IMG/VR virus record: IMGVR_UViG_3300025849_000003
Length of the DNA: 35,730 nt
Direction: 5' to 3' (one strand)
Source of the DNA: a virus
Made by a program: the position numbers and the translations under genes. Of the stretch, positions 32,267 through 35,730 are shown piece by piece; the first letter of the stretch is position 1; each line of letters opens with the position of its first letter. The notes beneath the pieces were generated by a model. That model saw nothing but the letters and a program-made list of their open reading frames with translations. It ran no database searches and was not told where the DNA came from.

Positions 32267-32455
32267 ATATGTTTAACTTTATATATACATCACCACCTAT
32301 TTTTATATCCCCATTTTTTTTCTTGAATTTTTTTTGCCCTGTGGTAATTATACAACAGATGATGCCGCGCGTTCAACCAATATTGAAGCCTCGCACCTCG
32401 CCTTTTGTTAAGGCCTATGGGGGAATTGCGTCATTTTTTTTTGGAAAAATTTTTT

Positions 32456-32566
32456 ATGAAACCTTGTAAATCATGTACCAGTCCTAAGACCTGTCAGAAG
32501 ATGGGTAAGTGTAAAAAGCGTTCTAGTAAGCGTAAATCAAGCGGTTATAAGATACCTGGGTATTAG
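32456..32566 (+). CDS. Possible Cys-rich, highly basic micro-protein (36 aa)
   Basis: Translates as MKPCKSCTSPKTCQKMGKCKKRSSKRKSSGYKIPGY. There is no clear SD (T-rich leader). Its stop lies 9 nt before the next ATG. Confidence 0.25.
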   Translation: MKPCKSCTSPKTCQKMGKCKKRSSKRKSSGYKIPGY

Positions 32567-32575
32567 GAGTATATT

Positions 32576-33256
32576 ATGTTTGGTAGACCTGGATTAGATA
32601 GATTTAATAAACCTGGCGGTGGTCGTCGTAATAATATGGGTACAGCACCTTTGCAACGTGCAACTAAACAACCTGGTTTTGCTGGCGGTATGATGCGTCA
32701 ACAACAACCAATGCAAACACCAAAACAACCTATGATGCAAAATTCTGTGCCAGACTACATAAAATCAAGACCTGATGTTGCACAAATGCCACAGCCTACA
32801 ATGCCAAACATAAACACAATAAATGATAGAGATATGTTTATGCCTAAGCAGCCAGAGCAAGGATACATAAAATCAACACCAGGTATAGGTGATATGCAGC
32901 CAATGGGCAGCGAAAACATAGGCATGAGCAATCCTATATCCGACAGCAGATTATTTAATCGTGCTAATATGCGGCAAAATATGGATATGCAAAGAGATCT
33001 AATACCTAACGATTATCAGCCAACAAGAGAAACTATGCCACCACGCGCAATGACAAATGACATTGTACCACAAAGACCACAATTTAACAGACCGCAATTT
33101 ATGGGTAACATTGGTGGCGCGAACAGGCTTAATCCGCAAATGCAAAATCCATTTAATAATTATAATCGCATGATGCAACAACAAACATTAAACAATCAAA
33201 TAAGAGGTATGGGTTCAATATCTGATGCAGAATTGAGGCAAAGAAATGGGTTTTAA
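32576..33256 (+). CDS. Met/Gln/Pro/Asn-rich low-complexity protein (226 aa)
   Basis: AGGAG SD. About 24 Met and no Cys, Trp or His. 'YIKS(R/T)P' occurs twice. Confidence 0.6.
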   Translation: MFGRPGLDRFNKPGGGRRNNMGTAPLQRATKQPGFAGGMMRQQQPMQTPKQPMMQNSVPDYIKSRPDVAQMPQPTMPNINTINDRDMFMPKQPEQGYIKSTPGIGDMQPMGSENIGMSNPISDSRLFNRANMRQNMDMQRDLIPNDYQPTRETMPPRAMTNDIVPQRPQFNRPQFMGNIGGANRLNPQMQNPFNNYNRMMQQQTLNNQIRGMGSISDAELRQRNGF

Positions 33257-33533
33257 GCCGGGACATAAGAAAACAGGTGGCCGACAAAAAGGTACACCCA
33301 ATAAGCAAACTGCATTGTTAAAAGATGCAATATTGCAAGCTGCGATCAAAACAGGTGGCGGTAAAGATGGTCTTGTTAAGTATTTACGTGAACGTGCAGA
33401 AGAAAATCCTGCCGCATTTATGACGTTGCTAGGCAAGGTATTGCCAATGCAAGTGGCTAATGATGATAGCGGTGAGCCATTTAAAATAATAAATAAAATA
33501 GAATTGACAGCACCAAAAAGTGACAGCAATTAA
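33246..33533 (+). CDS. terS: Terminase small subunit-like protein (putative)
   Basis: The N-terminal 'GFKPGHKKTGGRQKGTPNK' motif is common in small phage DNA-binding proteins upstream of TerL. It overlaps the TerL start. Confidence 0.4.
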   Translation: MGFKPGHKKTGGRQKGTPNKQTALLKDAILQAAIKTGGGKDGLVKYLRERAEENPAAFMTLLGKVLPMQVANDDSGEPFKIINKIELTAPKSDSN

Positions 33534-34836
33534 CATAGAATTACCACCTAAGCTTATACCTGTGTTTGAAGGTAAGGCTGATTTTAGAGGCGCATATGGC
33601 GGCAGAGGTAGTGCTAAGACACGTAGTTTTGCCATGATGACAGCTGTAAGAGGCGCAATGCTTGCAAGTAACGGAGAAAGTGGACAAATACTTTGCGCTC
33701 GTGAGCAGTTAAACAGTTTAAATGATAGTAGTTTTGCTGAGGTAAAAGCAGCTATATTAGGTAATCAATGGTTGTCACAATGTTATGAGGTAGGCGAAAA
33801 GTTTATAAGAACTAACCCTAAGATGCCAGGGCGTGTTGATTATAGTTTTAGCGGACTAAGGCATAACCTTGAAAGTATTAAGTCAAAAGCGCGTATTATG
33901 CTCTGCTGGATTGACGAAGCAGAACCTGTAAGCGAATTAGCTTGGAGTAAACTACTCCCTACAATTCGTGAAGAAGGCTCTGAAATATGGGTAACATGGA
34001 ACCCAGAACGCAAAGGTAGTGCTACAGACCAACGCTTTAGGCAAGAACCGCCTGAAAGCAGTAAAATAGTACAAATGAACTGGAAAGATAACCCTTGGTT
34101 TAATAAAACCCGATTAGCTAATCAGCGTGTAGAAGATCAGGAAAAACGACCAGACAGCTATGAATGGATATGGGAAGGCGACTATGCCAGTGTGCATGAA
34201 GGCGCATATTTCTCTAAACTACTAGCACAAGCTGAACGTGATAAACGCATAGTTGATAGTCTACCTATTGACCCGGCATTGCCTGTATATGGCTTTCACG
34301 ATATTGGCGGCTCTGGTGCTAAAGCTGATAGTTATACTATTTGGTTAGCGCAGTTTGTAGGTGATTGGATACACATACTTGACCATTACATAGCACAAGG
34401 TCAGGTACTTAGTTATCACATTAATGAGATGCGTAGACGATGGCCTCACGCTATTATGCAACTACCGCATGATGGTGTTAATGAGAATAGCTGGACAGGC
34501 AAAAGAATAGAAGATCATTGGAGAGATGGTGGGTTTGAGGTGTTAAAACCATTAACAAACCAAGGTAAAGGCGCAGCAATGCAACGCGTTGAAGCTGTAA
34601 GACGCATACTGCCTAAATGTAAGTTTGTTAGAGAAAAAACACAGGCTGGCCGAGTATCACTTGGTTGGTATCACGAAAAGCGCCCTGCTGATGGCCGTGA
34701 AATAGGACTTGGCCCTAATCACGATTGGTCATCACATGATGCTGATAGTTTTGGATTAATGGCAATAATGTCGGATAGATTTGTTAGACGTAAAGCAAAA
34801 CCACTGATAATGCCTAACTACGGAAGTGCAATATAA
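33520..34836 (+). CDS. terL: Terminase large subunit (PBSX/P22-like family)
   Basis: Walker A 'GGRGSAKT' and Walker B 'MLCWIDEAE', with a C-terminal nuclease region 'FHDIGG...DSYT'. The GTG start is required because Walker A precedes the first ATG. Confidence 0.9.
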   Translation: MTAINIELPPKLIPVFEGKADFRGAYGGRGSAKTRSFAMMTAVRGAMLASNGESGQILCAREQLNSLNDSSFAEVKAAILGNQWLSQCYEVGEKFIRTNPKMPGRVDYSFSGLRHNLESIKSKARIMLCWIDEAEPVSELAWSKLLPTIREEGSEIWVTWNPERKGSATDQRFRQEPPESSKIVQMNWKDNPWFNKTRLANQRVEDQEKRPDSYEWIWEGDYASVHEGAYFSKLLAQAERDKRIVDSLPIDPALPVYGFHDIGGSGAKADSYTIWLAQFVGDWIHILDHYIAQGQVLSYHINEMRRRWPHAIMQLPHDGVNENSWTGKRIEDHWRDGGFEVLKPLTNQGKGAAMQRVEAVRRILPKCKFVREKTQAGRVSLGWYHEKRPADGREIGLGPNHDWSSHDADSFGLMAIMSDRFVRRKAKPLIMPNYGSAI

Positions 34837-35730
34837 TGCAAGAATATAACGCAGACATATTTGACGACGATGAAAACAACACTGCTGATGGCGTTGATGA
34901 TGCTGGCAATGACGATGTACTATCTATGGTACGTGCTGAGTTTGAGCAATCTATTGGTATGTCACATGACAGTGACTTAACAAACAGTCGTGAAATAGCA
35001 TTACGTTATTACAATGGCGATGTGTTTGATGTGTCTGTATTTGGACAGCGTAGTAAAACTGTAAGTACAGATATTGCTGACAATGTTGAATCTATACTGC
35101 CTGACCTTGTAGAAATACTGTCAGGCGAAGATGTTGCTGTATTTCAGCCTGTAGGAATAGAAGATGAGGAAGCTGCACAACAAGAAACAGATTATATAAA
35201 TCATGTGTTTTTTGAGCAAAACAATGGCTTCCAGGTGCTATATGATGGCATTAAAGAGGCATTATTGCTAAAAACAGGTATATTTCGTTGGTACTGGGAA
35301 GAAGATAGCTACGACGACAAACAAACATATGAGCAGATTGATGGCTTTGGTTATATGTCAATGCTTGAAAACGGCTATGAATTAACAGCTGGTGAAACAG
35401 AAGAACGTGAAGATGGCCAAATAACTATAACAGGCGCTGAATTTACAAAAACAACTACAAAAGGCCGTGTAAAAGTAGAAACTATACCTGCTGAACGATT
35501 TGCAGTAGCAAAAGATACTGTAAAATTACGCGATACAACATATTGCGTAGCACAAATACAAACACGTAAGCAAGATTTGTTAGAAAAAGGTTATGATCCT
35601 GACAAAGTAGCTAATTTAACTAATATTGACGCTGGTGACAATGAAACTGTTACTGATGCACGTAGTCTTGACACTGAAGATGACCAATTTAACAATTCTA
35701 TAGGTGTTATGGAGCAAGTTACTGTTTTAG
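34836..35730 (+). CDS. Portal protein, N-terminal part (continues at base 128 after the junction)
   Basis: ATG overlaps the TerL TAA (ATAATG). The frame runs open to the window end and is in phase with 1..1284. Confidence 0.8.
   Translation, partial: MQEYNADIFDDDENNTADGVDDAGNDDVLSMVRAEFEQSIGMSHDSDLTNSREIALRYYNGDVFDVSVFGQRSKTVSTDIADNVESILPDLVEILSGEDVAVFQPVGIEDEEAAQQETDYINHVFFEQNNGFQVLYDGIKEALLLKTGIFRWYWEEDSYDDKQTYEQIDGFGYMSMLENGYELTAGETEEREDGQITITGAEFTKTTTKGRVKVETIPAERFAVAKDTVKLRDTTYCVAQIQTRKQDLLEKGYDPDKVANLTNIDAGDNETVTDARSLDTEDDQFNNSIGVMEQVTVL
35604..35730. repeat. Terminal overlap, identical to 1-127
   Basis: Direct comparison with the window start. Confidence 0.95.

Noticed and set aside
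32143-32469. 108-aa + strand ORF spanning the late-operon leader.
   Set aside because: It has a GTG start and no SD. Its Phe/Pro-rich sequence is generated by the T- and C-tracts, and it reads straight through the 18-nt and 13-nt DNA repeats. The region is better explained as regulatory DNA.
1-35730. CRISPR arrays, reverse transcriptase/DGR or retron elements, transposases, toxin-antitoxin pairs.
   Set aside because: There are no regularly spaced repeat-spacer arrays. No ORF shows RT (YxDD), DDE or typical toxin motifs. The repeats found are short regulatory-type repeats or in-frame protein repeats.

Overview
The window is one complete, circularly closed dsDNA phage genome. Bases 1-127 are identical to 35604-35730, so the unit length is 35,603 bp, and the linearisation point cuts the portal gene. 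The genome is AT-rich and tightly packed, with many ATGA/TAATG stop-start overlaps. It looks podovirus-like: there is no tape measure, sheath or tube gene, but there are an adaptor, a nozzle-like protein, internal virion proteins (one with a lytic transglycosylase motif) and a 1291-aa fibre with a self-cleaving chaperone.

Layout:
- Late (+) operon, about 23 kb, from ~32456 through the junction to 19762. Order: Cys-rich micro-ORF, Met/Gln/Pro-rich disordered protein, TerS-like, TerL, portal, scaffold, major capsid, tail and internal proteins, fibre, lysis cassette, HTH-metallophosphoesterase.
- Leftward early (-) operon, 27348 to 19752. Order: Cro-like, C5 cytosine methyltransferase split over two frames, HNH, DUF1064, DnaB, O-like initiator with internal iterons, ERF, YqaJ exonuclease, SSB, NinB, MazZ-like domain, two unknowns.
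- Rightward (+) operon, 27467-28733: GcrA-like HTH protein, NusG/RfaH-like factor, one small ORF.
- Three mini-operons of tiny, often strongly acidic ORFs at 28758-32053, separated by terminators and two unusually long non-coding regions.

I found no integrase, CI-type repressor, tRNA, CRISPR array or reverse transcriptase. The GcrA-like and GTA-holin-like proteins weakly suggest an alphaproteobacterial (marine, low-GC) host.

Most interesting observations:
- the two-frame methyltransferase with an RF2-like AUU-UGA-C site and overlapping ATG/GTG starts;
- the phage NusG paralog next to a GcrA-like regulator;
- a composite repeat element upstream of the late operon, with a third inverted copy in an orphan region between convergent terminators;
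- lambda-style iterons inside the initiator gene;
- a synonymously recoded tail-fibre repeat;
- a Met/Gln/Pro/Asn-rich disordered protein upstream of the terminase genes.

Every family assignment rests on motif recognition by eye. No database search was run.
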